From the NCBI RefSeq assembly GCF_000143415.4, contig NW_003314292.1, positions 1,061,498 through 1,125,497 on the forward strand: 64,000 bases of DNA, written 5' to 3'. The notes under the pieces are model-generated. The model saw only the letters and a program-made list of their open reading frames with translations, did not search any database and was not told where the DNA came from. The translations under genes were made by a program, and so were the position numbers. Shown one piece after another: positions 37,765-49,517 of the stretch. Source of the DNA: Selaginella moellendorffii (Eukaryota > Plantae > Lycopodiophyta). The first letter of the stretch is position 1. Each line of letters begins with the position of its first letter.

Positions 37765-39247
37765 ATGGCGGCGGATAAAAAGCGCCTGGATCCAACAATG
37801 GAGCCGGGCTACAATCCTGCGGATGTTCAGGCTGGGTAAGTGTCTTGGTCATTTAGCAATCTCATCCGCTTCTTCTTTAGCTGGTATTCTTGGTGGGAGG
37901 CGTGTGGATTTTTTGGAGCGGATGCGGCCAATGCGTTTGAATAATTTGGGAACTTGGTTGAAGGATGTAAGCAGCTGTACAGAATTTTGTTTCTCCGTTC
38001 ATGCTGTGATTTATTTTCTTTCTCACTCTGCAGGACTTTCAAGCAGTCCAGAAGAAAGAATTGGAAGCAGTGTATACACCCTTCGTCCCTGAAGCCTTCG
38101 AGGTACTTGCTTGATCACGTAAATCAAGTTCCTGATTTCCAGCTTCTTATCTCATATAGTTACACAAACCTTACTTCAGTCGAGAAGATCGTACGTCAAA
38201 CAGCTTGATTGATCCGCCTTCCATAGCAACAGCAAATACCAGGCCTTGTTGATCATACGCCATAGACGGCCTTCCCCGGACTCTAAGAAGATCCTCGCTT
38301 TCCAGCCGCAGAGGTTATCAAAGGCGCGTGCTATGGGAGAAATGCTTACAGCCACGTACGTAAATCTTGCTGGCCACAAACTTTGCGTGCTTTCCAGACA
38401 TGCAGGAATCGAACAGCAATCAATCGCGAAAGCCACCAGTACCAGCGGACGCATCAGAATGTGCAAAGATTTCTTGCAGCAGTGCTTTCACTTGGAAGAC
38501 CGACTGCGAGCCAAGTACAATCCCAATCCCGTGCTAGGCTGGCGAAACCTTGCGCGTTCGTTGGGTATACAAGACTGACAAGAACACAGCGATTTCGCTA
38601 AAGAAACTCTGCAAAATTGCAGAGCAAAATACATCGCTTCCAAGTGGTACAATCTTACTCTCGTTCTCCACAGCGAGCTTACATCCAAGGTAGTTCCTCG
38701 CCTACTTTATGTACTTGTTCAAGAACTTGCGATGGAAATCACTCCTGATCGTATCGTTGATGAAACGCTTCACCTACTTGGTAGCCTGGTGCTTGAACAC
38801 CACATCGTCGTTCCGCCTCCTCTTCACGGCAGACAAGCTGCCACCACCACCGCGGCGACGTCGGTGCCAAATTGCTCTTACGAGCTTGAATCTTCGGCAT
38901 CTTGCCCAAGATGGTTAACGTGGAAACTGTCGTGGTTTGATACCGAGCTGAAGATTGGAGAAGAGCCTCCCCAGCTTGTCAAGAGGGCCCTCAAGCAGCG
39001 CTGTGGTGTTGTGCTGGAAGATGATGGCATTGGTCGAAGATGGTCTTGCACAGGCACGATGAAAACTACGGTTGTAATGCACGAGATTCAACTTCTGAAA
39101 AGCTCGAGCAATCCAAACGAGCTCGAAGGGAAGGTTGAAGGAGAAGGGGAGCACATAGCTCCACTCAAGATGACCTCTAGCAACTCCTCTAAGCTCAAGA
39201 ATCCTAACTTACAACACTATGCTTTTCAATATCCATTTATCAACTGA
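37765..39247 (+). CDS. Multi-exon hypothetical protein (unrecognised)
   Basis: ATG after telo-boxes (37683-37727), short GT-AG introns and open frames 38246-38578 and 38732-39247; integrity uncertain. Confidence 0.35.
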
Positions 39248-39353
39248 GGGAAGTGAAAAATTTCAACAATGCAAGAACTTCCTTTGCAAGTTGTAGGTGT
39301 GAGTGAATACTGTCTAGACTAGGAGGGTTGGAATAGCTGGAAAAAAAGCGGCT

Positions 39354-40335
39354 TTACACCTTCTTGACGCCATTTGGATGGATCTCTGCCGCGAACTGGA
39401 CGCTGTCGACGATCTTCGCCCCGCGTGCGGCAGTGAGATATAATCCCATATGGTGCGCGAGATCCTGCGCATCAATTCACCAAATCAATCACGGTAGGAT
39501 ATTTGAGGGAATGTTTCATACTTGTGGATGCGCCACAGCGCCAATTTCCTTCGCAACTGCCAGAGGCAAATCATAGGTGGAGCATCCTTGAGCGTAGACC
39601 ACGATTTCTTCCAGCGGTGGCGAGATCCCGTGGTTCCTGACCGAGGTCATCGTCGCCACGAAATCTAGCACACAAATGTCCGTGCAAACCCCCACCACCA
39701 AGATCTGGAAGAATTTTAATGCAAGCCTTTCTTCTTGGACAAAGAAAGAATTTTTCCTTACCCGTTGAATCTTGTTTGCGTTGATCCAGTCCACGACCGT
39801 GTTGGATCCATCTGGTCTCATCGCTCCCACAAATCCATTAATGCAATCCTTTCGCACGAGCACAACCTCGTCATCGTCCTCGAGCCACTTAAGGTCTGAT
39901 CCAAGCGAAGAATCACTAGATAGCGATCGAAATCGACGAGATTTTTCGAGGGCACCGACCTGGGACGAGTTCTTCCTCTCCAGAGCCCACAAGGCAATGC
40001 GGGGGATACGGATTCTCCGGCTTGTTTGGGTCGTGGCAATCCAGAAACGCGAGAACAGGCAAGTGCCTGGATCGAAATTCTCTGGCGATCCTCACGGTCT
40101 CGTCGACCATGCGCTCCACTTGAGCATCTGGGGCCCGAGGAGCCTGCATAGATCAATAAGAAAGTCGAGCGAGAGAGTGGATTCCTCTACTGACCAGATT
40201 TCCGTGACCAACGGTGCAGAATCCGTTGACTTCGTCGAGGACGACGAGCCCAGTTCGCTCGTCATCCCCAATTCTAATGCACAAGTGCTCCATCCGGACA
40301 GGGAGCTCCGCCTTCACCCACGAAATCAAATCCAT
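39354..40335 (-). CDS. Nicotinamidase / isochorismatase-like hydrolase (NIC1-like)
   Basis: GLVVLDEVNGFC, FLDCHDPNKPENPYPPHC, KDCINGF and VVGVCTDICVLDF; five exons join in frame. Confidence 0.93.
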
Positions 40336-40851
40336 GGTGCAGCGATGACGGTGACGAACCCTAAATATGTATACAAGCAAAGCATGAAAGTTTGACTCTT
40401 TTAACCACTATTATCTGATCTGGACCATTATCAAATGGAGGGTAGGGATTGCACAACAGCACAACATGAAATGTTGTCATTAAGCATTTGTTTTAGTTTA
40501 TAACTACGTTAGAGTTTTTGTAATTTTTGCTAATGGTTAAGTACCCTGGAAAAATGTTCTTGAAAAATGAATTTTAATAATGTTATGTATACTCAATAAG
40601 TGCTATAAAAGGTTGACATGTGTTGTTTGATGACTTTTATGATTATTTAAAAACCTATCTAAATATTTGAATTTATAGCTCAATTTTGTAAAATGTGCTA
40701 CTAAGATGTTGATAATGGGGATACAATTGGATAATTCTAACAATATATTATGAGTTGTTTTTGCTAGTTACTATAGTAATACCGAACCTGTAGTAATTAT
40801 TAATAGAATATTAGGTTTTTAAAGCTTTCATATATTAGATGGTCATTTACT

Positions 40852-40852
<1 letters not shown>

Positions 40853-40899
<47 letters not shown>
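40853..40899. repeat. (AAT)n microsatellite
   Basis: About 15 perfect trinucleotide units. Confidence 0.97.
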
Positions 40900-40900
<1 letters not shown>

Positions 40901-41852
40901 TATAAAAAAATTATATATTTTTCCTAAATTGCATAATATTTATATGATACCAGAAAATTAATATTACAATTTATAAAATTAATGTGGAGGAATAATTTTA
41001 ATTATAATCTTAATTAAAAAATATTTAATTTAATTTCTAGTGTGAGTGCATAGAATATAAAAATGGAATACAAAAATGTGCATATCAATTAGCCCAAAAA
41101 CCTTAGATTTTATACATGAGCAAATAATCTAGATTGAAATCAATTCAACAACTATCAAAATCCCACTATATTAATATTAGTATATGGCATTATAATTGTA
41201 TACTTGGACTTCACATCATCCCTTCCTCTCATAATGATGAAAAAAAATTAAGGTTCTCTAGTAGAAGGGTTGGAATCTAGAAGAATATTAGGAAGAGGCA
41301 TCGGTGAATCTGTAAATAATGCCATTTATTCCTACTCCCTTGTATAAAGTGGTTTTAAATGTTACATATTCATAATTTTTGGAGGATCAACCTATTAAAT
41401 GTCATGTCAAATTTTATAAATTTGCAATCTAACTTGCTAGAGCACTTAATATTAAACAAATTACATATCATAAAATTGGGAAAATAAATTAACTCTAAAT
41501 CATTTATTTTATACTTTGCAAGGGGATGATAATAGGAGTTATAATGCCATTCTTGTTCCACTTGTAGGCAGCCCAATGTCAAATTCAATTCATTTGCATT
41601 TTTATTTAAAGTAATTCTTATGTATTATAATGATTTACTTTGTGATAGCAAACATAATATATAATATTTTTTAAATGTTATTCCTAGAATCAAACTTTGA
41701 ACACTTAATTAGTTTTAATGGAAAAAATTATGTATAAAATTCAACTGTGTTTAAAAATTTTAATTATAGTTTATTGAATGCCAAATTAATTTCATCATTT
41801 AGATTTAAGGACATTAATACTATTTATTAGAGTGATATAATAATAATATCTT

Positions 41853-43745
41853 CTAATTAATATTAAACAAGTCCATCTCCATACTACTTGAGCTTTGGGC
41901 CTCAACTCGGGCGAGAAGGGTCCATCCATCTCCAGATGCATGTAGGTCGTTCACGGCCACAACCCTCACGATGTCCCCAAATTCTATGTTCATGTATCCC
42001 TGAAGAAAATAACCAGTCAAAAGTACAAGAAGAAAAACAATAATACCTGGTATCTCTTGAGAAAAGCTTGAAGTTCTCTCATCTTTGATTTCATTCGCGC
42101 GTGTTCGTTGCTCGCTATAGCGGCACTTACTTCCAAAGGGGAGTGTCCGATCATCCTCTCAACCAGCTGGAAAATCGGAGACCGTAGTCTTGACTAAACA
42201 GAATTGAAGCTTTACCTCGTGGTTCACTAAAGCTTCTGTTAAAAGGCTCCCATCTTCGATGTATATCGCCAGCCGGTATGCATTGCGATCCTTGAAAAGG
42301 AACTCTTTCACGGCTGTAAGGAAACACTGTATCCAGAAAACGAATCGTGCTTTCTTTTTTCTTTTCTTTTGTTACCTTAACTCGGCCTGATTGAACTACA
42401 CCGGACTCCATAAACCGCCTCTGTAGAACCGCCAGATACGTAAAGGGAGGGGACTCCAGGCTGTCTGCGGCTGAAAAATGGACGGGCATATGTCACGAAA
42501 ATCTGAAGATCATAAAACTTACTGCGCAGTTGTCTTCTACTCCTGGTTTCATTGGATTGGAGGGAAAGCATACGAATACGCGAAGTTCCCAGGCCGATAG
42601 AAGTCTCGGAAGGTGTGCCAGACAAGGTCCGATGCGTAGTTTCGTCCTGTCCTGGAGGTGAACATCAAAAGCATTAGGCAGGGAGAGAAAACCTGAAAGG
42701 CCTTCTTTGTGTTTACTTGGTGTTTGTTCACTGTAGGAATATGAACCGCGAGAAAAATCTTCTATAGAAACAGGTGCTTGCCTTCCTGAAGACAAAAAAG
42801 TAGAGACAGAAAATCAAAATACAAGGATAGAAGAACGAAAGAAAGAAGGCAAACACAGTCACTGTGCAAAAGTTAGACCTGTATATGGATGATCACGAAC
42901 AGTCGAAGAAGGTTGCTGCTCACTTCCAGGATTGGCTGCAGCACCATTGTTTTCTTGGACGTCAGGAGTTCGGGGCCAGGCAGCTTGTGTAAGTTGCTCT
43001 TCCAACGATGGTGGAGTAGTACCACGCGGGTGCCTGCAAATATCCTTAACTAGTACACGAAGAAGAAAACTTTACCTGTTTCCCCGAGGAGGTTTGTTTA
43101 CTTGATGTACCACTCTCTGTCGAGCCTCTTCAAGCTCTTGGACAACACCTCCTAGAACAGTAACAATTTCCGGGACAAGAAGAAACATCCCTCTCCGGAT
43201 GCAGACATTCCTTACGCAAATCTGCGGTTGGGAGAAAGAAAAATCATGGAAAAGACTTTAAAGGATTTCTTGAACGTGTACCTTCAAACCAGCTGGTTGT
43301 AAGACTTTGAGCTGTGGGATAGGACGATACTCAATGCCAAAAACTCGTTGAGCACCGTCGGTCATGGATAGCTTCAAGCATCGACTTCCAATTCCAGCAT
43401 TTCTTTCCTGGTAGCGATCCTTGAGGCCGCAGCAAATGTCCACCGTTTCATCTACCTGTGTGCCATGCTCCCGTCGATAAAAAAAAATATAGAAAAACTT
43501 TCACTTACTTGTAGAACGAAAGGGCCCGCTAGCTCCACTTTGTGCATCGCCTGGACCCCTGGAGGAAGCACAGCATCGGTGACGAGATTGAAATCGGCAG
43601 CGAGGAGCTGCGCAAAGCATTTCTCGGCGCACAAGTCTACCGGCAACTGTGACGCTCCGATCTGCTCGCGCAGGCAAGAAGAAAGCCCCTGCGCCTTAGG
43701 CCGCATTCCGCGAGAAGCCATAATCTCCACAACCCGCTCCTCCAT
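41853..43745 (-). CDS. RMI1: RecQ-mediated genome instability protein 1, apparently full length
   Basis: LAGPFVLQVDE, RCLKLSMTDG..VFGIEYRPI, IRRGMFLLVPE..VLGG (OB fold 1); PFTYL, IEDGSLLTEALV, MIGHSP (C-terminal OB fold). Confidence 0.9.
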
Positions 43746-43836
43746 CGAAATCCCAAAACCCTACTAGGGTTCTAAGCATCCCGCCATTTTGCTAGCTTGA
43801 AAGGTTCCAGGAATATGCTTGCCAAGCAAGGGCTTT

Positions 43837-44322
43837 ATGGTGTTTTGCCGCGCGCACTCTCTTCTCTTCCAGATCGCGCATTGCGGCAATTCGATCCTGC
43901 CGTGCCGAGGATATCGTTCCCCAAGACGCGCCACGGCGTGACATGGGACGATCCCTGCCACTGGCTGCGAAATTCGGACGAATCAGCACGCGCAATCGAC
44001 CATGGCTGGGACAAGGGAGCTGCAGCGCCAGATCCGCCAGGAAATGGCGAGTAGGATGGAGAAGGAGCTCGCGTCGCTGCCAGAGCGCTGGGGGCATTGG
44101 TGAGTTCTTCCCGTTTGAACTTTTTAGTTTTTGGCTTAGACGAAAAGCTTAATGACAATGTAGGAACTATTTCGTGCAGATCCCACAAGGGAAAGAGTTT
44201 CCCATCTACTCGAGACGAAGAGCCCGCAAAGGTGGAAGGCTGAAGGCTTTCTTGACAAAATTTTCTCGACAAGAAGCAGAGTGAAGTGATGATCGACATC
44301 AATGCGCTTGCTGCGAAGCACG
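43837..44322 (+). pseudogene. Oligopeptidase B 5' fragment
   Basis: KTRHGVTWDDPCHWLRNS etc. matches 59040-59522, with frameshifting deletions; truncated. Confidence 0.9.
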
Positions 44323-44683
44323 ATAAAGTTTTGAGGATCTATCCTTCGTTCTCTCGTCGTAGCTATCATGAGGATGATCGATCGAAAGGACCTGCATTGC
44401 GATGAATGAGATTCACAAAATTCGGCACTCTGAGACCAGGAAAGGAAACAAAGCGACTAGAACAAAAATCAGGGAAGAGCTCACCACAGGCCACCGCCAA
44501 CGGCCTGTGGCAACAAGTTTAATAATCCAACACATGATTCAACACAGCAATCCAGGAACATATAACTCGTCTTTGAAAGCATCGAGCTCATAAGACCAAA
44601 CGTTTTGTGACGACTTAGTTTATAGCAGAACTTAGAGAAATTTTTGTCACTGCCTCGTATAACTCAGGTTTTTCCATGGTGAA

Positions 44684-44715
44684 GCGCAGCTGGTGTAGTG
44701 GTAGTATCCTCCCAC
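44684..44715 (+). pseudogene. 5' half remnant of tRNA-Gly(CCC)
   Basis: GCGCAGCTGGTGTAGTGGTA-GTATCCTCCCAC resembles the plant cytosolic tRNA-Gly(CCC) 5' half as I recall it, minus ~5 nt; no T arm. Confidence 0.5.
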
Positions 44716-44897
44716 CTCATCCGGATGGCTTATCTCCAAACAGATAGAGTCCAATGTTTTGGGCGAGAAGACACTAGCGTCACTACTTGGCCTTGTCCCA
44801 TGAAATCGCCACCGTCCATCAAACATCATCCCAGCCGTCGATATAAACCCGTTTTGAAGAAGCTAGGTCTTCCATTCAGCAAGAAGGTCTGGGAGCG

Positions 44898-45821
44898 ATG
44901 GCGCGTGACACCGGTGAGTTGAGCGAGGATGACTGTAGTGAGCTTCTCAAGTTTTACATGAGGGGCAAGCGGCTGGGATGTGGAGGGCAAGGGCAGGTTT
45001 TCATGATCCATAATGGCCGCAACACATATGCTGGAAAGTTGTTTCGATCGGGGAGTGATGCCGAGAGAGAAGCTCGGCTCATGTCCAAGCTTCATGCCTG
45101 CCCTGGGGTCGTCTCCTTCAAGGGCTTTGTCCGGGAGAGAGATGGTGCCAAGTGCTATGGCACCATCGTCATGGAGCTGTGCGGCCCAAACCTATGCGAG
45201 GGATTGATCAACTGCGGGCCGATGAGGGAGGAGGATGCAGCGAAGACCATCAAGAAGCTGGCTGAAACGCTCAAGGAGATCCACTCCAGGGGAATTATCC
45301 ACCGGGATCTCAAGCCGGAGAACATTCTTGTCAAGCTCAATGCCACTGGTGTGCACGATGTTCTGATTGGAGACTTCGGGATAGCCACAGACCTGCACAG
45401 GGAGATGTCAAAGTACTGTGGCACGGAAAAGTATATGGCACCAGAGGTGATGGCGAGGAAGGGCCGCAAGGGAGAATCACAGAACTTCTACACGGCAGCC
45501 ATTGATGTGTGGGGTTTGGGAGTCATTGCGTACGAGCTGTTGAAAGGTCACAAATCGAGAATGGAAATCGATTTCTTGAGAGCGGGAGCATTTCCAACTG
45601 GTTTTGGCTCAGACCAGGCGGAGGATCTTCTCTGGGGGATGTTAGCTGTCGAACCGAGCAAGAGGGTAACGCTGGACCGTGTGCTTGCACATCCCTGGAT
45701 CGTGAAGCATTGCAGCAGCAGTAGCAAGATCGAGACGACGACACGCAGCAGGCGCTGTGGAATGAAGAGGAGTCTTCCCAGCGGCAGCGACTTGATCGTG
45801 AAAAAAGCTCGTGCAGCTTAA
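44898..45821 (+). CDS. Intronless Ser/Thr protein kinase (CAMK-like), 307 aa
   Basis: GCGGQGQV, catalytic Lys (YAGK), HRDLKPEN, DFG, YMAPE and DVWGLG motifs. Confidence 0.92.
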   Translation: MARDTGELSEDDCSELLKFYMRGKRLGCGGQGQVFMIHNGRNTYAGKLFRSGSDAEREARLMSKLHACPGVVSFKGFVRERDGAKCYGTIVMELCGPNLCEGLINCGPMREEDAAKTIKKLAETLKEIHSRGIIHRDLKPENILVKLNATGVHDVLIGDFGIATDLHREMSKYCGTEKYMAPEVMARKGRKGESQNFYTAAIDVWGLGVIAYELLKGHKSRMEIDFLRAGAFPTGFGSDQAEDLLWGMLAVEPSKRVTLDRVLAHPWIVKHCSSSSKIETTTRSRRCGMKRSLPSGSDLIVKKARAA

Positions 45822-46031
45822 GAACAAAAGCCAGCACCAGTTCGGTAAGCATCGTTTTTGATTGAAGAGTACAGGTACTAACTTTGCTTGCTTGGTCACC
45901 GGGTGGAATTTTTTTTGTGAGACAATGATCTTCTTGTCGAGAAAGATTTTCTATGGCAATGCAAGTACTGTCTTTGCAAGTTATGAAGTTTCTTTTCTAT
46001 TCTCTTGATGGGAACAGTCAAATTCAATATA

Positions 46032-46142
46032 GTGGAAGGGATCGCTGATGATCCTGGCGGCAAATTGGAAGAGCTTCAACTCGCGCAAGAAGCCTCCATC
46101 CATTTCCGGATAGTCGTTCACGGCCACAACCCTATGCTGGAG
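46032..46142 (-). pseudogene. Remnant of RMI1 last exon and 3' flank
   Basis: AGGGTTGTGGCCGTGAACGAC..GATGGA matches 41900-41970; the counterpart is at 60303-60410. Confidence 0.7.
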
Positions 46143-46317
46143 AACATAAAAGATTCCCATAACCTTCAATGTCAACTGTAGGGGAAGAACCAGTGCTGCT
46201 CAATGAGATGAAGTTGCCATTCCCAACAGTGGTGGAGCCATATTGTACAAGCAAACCCACACTAACTTGCACCAGAAAGGAGCATAGAATGAGGGAAGAC
46301 ACCACTGAAGCTGCCAT
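46143..46317 (-). pseudogene. Truncated copy of the secreted PEBP-like gene
   Basis: Signal peptide plus LLVQYGSTTVGNGNFISLSSTGSSPTVDIEGYG, then breaks into the RMI1 remnant. Confidence 0.8.
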
Positions 46318-46509
46318 TAGAAAATTGATTGATGAATTGATGAGCATTTATTCCTTGATTTATATAAAATGCAACACCTAATTCTGTCGATGCATTTGAT
46401 AAATTGTGCAAGTTTTCTATAAAAAAATAGTGAATCAAATTGTCTTACCAAGAACAAATAAATACATATACAACTGAAAACAAATGACTACAAATACTTT
46501 GATCATAGC

Positions 46510-46758
46510 TCAACTTGACATGACTCAACATATCTCTTCATCATTTCTTTTGCAAGACCACCAGTAGAAGAAACAATGAGTGAACACAAACAATTGTAGC
46601 CTGCTTGGCAGCATGGATGCTCAAGAACAGTGCTCAAGAACAGTGCCAGACACACAGGGATGCATTATTTTAGGAGATGAGCGAGAATTCTCCCAATTGG
46701 GGAAATGGCCAATTGCGACCAAGCTGAGGACAAGAACCTTTAGTCCTCTAGAATCCAT
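46510..46758 (-). pseudogene. Deleted copy of the nsLTP gene
   Basis: Homologous to 48985-49305, with several small deletions. Confidence 0.8.
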
Positions 46759-47289
46759 TAGAGACACTCCACAGGTAGCAGCAGGAGCTCAGAATATTTC
46801 TTAGCTAACAAGTAAAACATGAGCTTCTTTGACAAATTACATGTGATCAACGTAAGACTTTTACAAATCAAGCTAATATCCGCTTGTCTCGTCTCCACAA
46901 TAATTGCATTTCTTGCCAAGTTCTCCTTTTTCATCATGGAGAAATAAAGGTTCACCCTTTGGGGTCACCATAAACAAAATATGTGTTTCCAATGAAGATT
47001 AAATACTGTTTTCTGGCTTGACGGCTGCGCGGCATTGGAGCTTTTGAGTTTGACTATAAAGATGAGATGAGTAATAACAATGGAGAGATTAAGTACGATT
47101 CAGCATCATAATAGAAAACAAAACTCTTAACCTCTCACTCCATCACTCAATCCTTTTAAATGATATGGAAGTTGTGAAGATGGCATTCTGTCTCTCTTGA
47201 AGTTCTTCTCACACGTGCAAGAAGGTTGTGGGCCGGATCTTGTCATGGTTTCAAGGCATGCTCTAGCTGCAGAGAAGCTCGAGAAATCC

Positions 47290-48238
47290 TAGGAGTGAAA
47301 ACAAGAATTTAACAGGAGAGCCACTTCCTGGAATCGACTCCATAGTGCACAATACACGACCTGGCCACCAGCCATATACTGTCCTTCCCATCGCATGCCA
47401 AGTTGTCCATCAACGACAGATCATGAAACTCCTTGTCACGGCGTGACCCACTCTTCTCCCTGTCTCTCAAAGATGATCAGTCCCTCATAGGTATTGCTCA
47501 CCATCAAAAGCTGGTCCCGATCCAGCTGAAGGTAGCACCACCTATAAAATTCCAGCTCCAACCCATTGGCATCAACGTGAAAAGCTCTCCAGGAGCCCTC
47601 CCACAGGTTGTATATTGCAAACGTCTGGGGATTCGTGCAATACGTCACCACCTTACCGTGATCCAGCACCGGATAGAAGACCTTCTGCGCTCTGATATAT
47701 TCAGGTCTTCCTAGGCATTCTTCGTGCCTGGACCACTCGCCTCGAGCCGAGTCGTAGATGTATAACGAGGGTGCAAAACAGAACAATCGATCCCTTTCGC
47801 GGCTGTACACCACCATGTGAGTTAAGCTGCTGAGAACTGGCGGCAAAGGAACTTTCAAAGGAAGGAGTTGAGATCGCTGTAGCGCCAGACAAAGATGGAG
47901 GATAAGTACGAAAACTTGGCCATGCACAGCAAGCCGGTGTCGCTGCTGGCGATCCTCACGCCCACCGGCAGCGTCTGGAAGAGGCGCCACTCGCTGCGCG
48001 GGGAATTCTCAACCAGCTTGACGAAGAGGCATCCGTGAGGCAGAAGTGAGGGATGCAGCGGTGGCGTGCGTACCATTTGCGGAATCTGGGATCGTCGATT
48101 GTTCGTCGCCACTTGCGGCACACGCACCTCGCCTGGCAGAGATCGATTACGGACAGCCTCAAGAAGAAGATCTGCCACGAATTGCATCGTGTATACTCCG
48201 CTATTCACCTACAAAAGCCAAAGATGGCCTTTTTCCAT
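47290..48238 (-). pseudogene. F-box protein pseudogene
   Basis: F-box motif RLSVIDLCQARCVCRKWRRTIDDPRF, then SSDTGLLC in another frame; several frameshifts; limits approximate. Confidence 0.75.
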
Positions 48239-48279
48239 AAATGGAATCACTTACTACTTGATCTTGATAACGAAAATCT

Positions 48280-48773
48280 TTGAAATAACATCAATGCGTG
48301 AAGGAGACGGTTTGGAGAGGGCTTCCACAGTGGTATTGATGGATGATATCAGCCAGTGAGTTGACAAGTCGACTATCGGCTTTACCAAGGGATTCTTCTG
48401 TGGCACAAACAAGTGTGGTTCCTTGCATTGAATGGATTTGGGTTGAGAGATACATAAGGCTCCAAAATACTGCCCTTTACAGCTCTTGTACCAAGCCACC
48501 ATCATCAAATTTTAAAACCAAAACAAATAAGTTGAAGTTACCTTGCAATCCATAAGTTGATGCTATTTGAGCAGCCATAACCACTGAGAACAAACGAACA
48601 GTGCCATTCTTCCCATATCCTTCAATATCAACTGCAAGGGCAGAACCAGTGCTGCTCAATGAGATGAAGTTGGCATTCCCGACAGTGGTGGAGCCATATT
48701 GTACAAGCAAACCCACGCTAACTGGAACCAGAAAGGCGCAGAGAACGAGCCAAGACACCAGTGAATCCGCCAC
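48280..48773 (-). pseudogene. PEBP-like pseudogene
   Basis: Homologous to 56078-56660 over both exons; start codon reads GTG; deletions and frameshifts. Confidence 0.8.
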
Positions 48774-48984
48774 TAGAAAATTAAATGATACCTTGAGATT
48801 TATATAAAACGATAAATTATGCAAGTTTTTAGTGAATCAAATTGTCTAGTTTACTTTCGTAATAATTAAAGAACCAACTTGCATATAAATACATATACAA
48901 CTATATACACTTTTGAATGCCACTGAAAACAAATGCTCCATGATGGTTTCGCCTGTAAAGAACATTAGCATGCACATTCAGTGA

Positions 48985-49305
48985 CTACAAAATACTTTGA
49001 TCATAGAACTTACATTGATAATCCTCTGGGAGCTTGAGTTGACATGACTCAACATATCTCTTCATCATTTCTTTTGCAAGAACACCAGTAGAAGAAACAA
49101 TGAGAGAACACAAACAATTGTAGCCTAGAACATTCACCGCTTGGCAGCAGTTCATGTCTGGATGCTCAAGAACAGTGCCAGATGCTACACTGGGAACGCA
49201 TTCTTTGAGGTGATGAGCTCGATCGCACTGAGAATTCCCGCAATTGGGGAAATGGTCAATTGTGACCAAGCTGAGGACAAGAACGGTTAGTGCTCTGGAA
49301 TCCAT
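48985..49305 (-). CDS. Non-specific lipid transfer protein / prolamin-fold secreted protein
   Basis: Hydrophobic N-terminus and 8-Cys pattern C-C-CC-CLC-C-C; a GTAAG donor near 49013 suggests a short second exon, so the 3' end is uncertain. Confidence 0.8.
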   Translation of the reverse strand: MDSRALTVLVLSLVTIDHFPNCGNSQCDRAHHLKECVPSVASGTVLEHPDMNCCQAVNVLGYNCLCSLIVSSTGVLAKEMMKRYVESCQLKLPEDYQCKFYDQSIL

Positions 49306-49517
49306 TAGGGGCAACTCCACAGGTAGCAGCAAGGAAGCCTTTCTAGCTTCGAATATTTCTTAGCTAACAAGTAAAAACATGTAGTTTGTTTGACAAATTG
49401 AGCTACATTGTGATTAAAGTAATAGACTTTTAAAAATCAAACTCTTACTATATTAGAAAGGTGGTGCTAAAAGTTGGTGACTAATTGATATTACCTTTGG
49501 CGCTAAAGTATTGCGAT

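Larger units (their letters stand above)
42404..46142. repeat. Left arm of inverted segmental duplication (pairs with 60303-64000)
   Basis: RMI1, oligopeptidase fragment and kinase appear as reverse complements of the right arm; ~44330-44810 differs between arms. Confidence 0.92.

Noticed and set aside
28831-43745. NAD/ADP-ribose/DNA-repair 'operon' (PGL, macrodomain, RadA, nicotinamidase, RMI1)
   Set aside because: Mixed orientations and compartments in a eukaryote; without synteny evidence coincidence is more likely.
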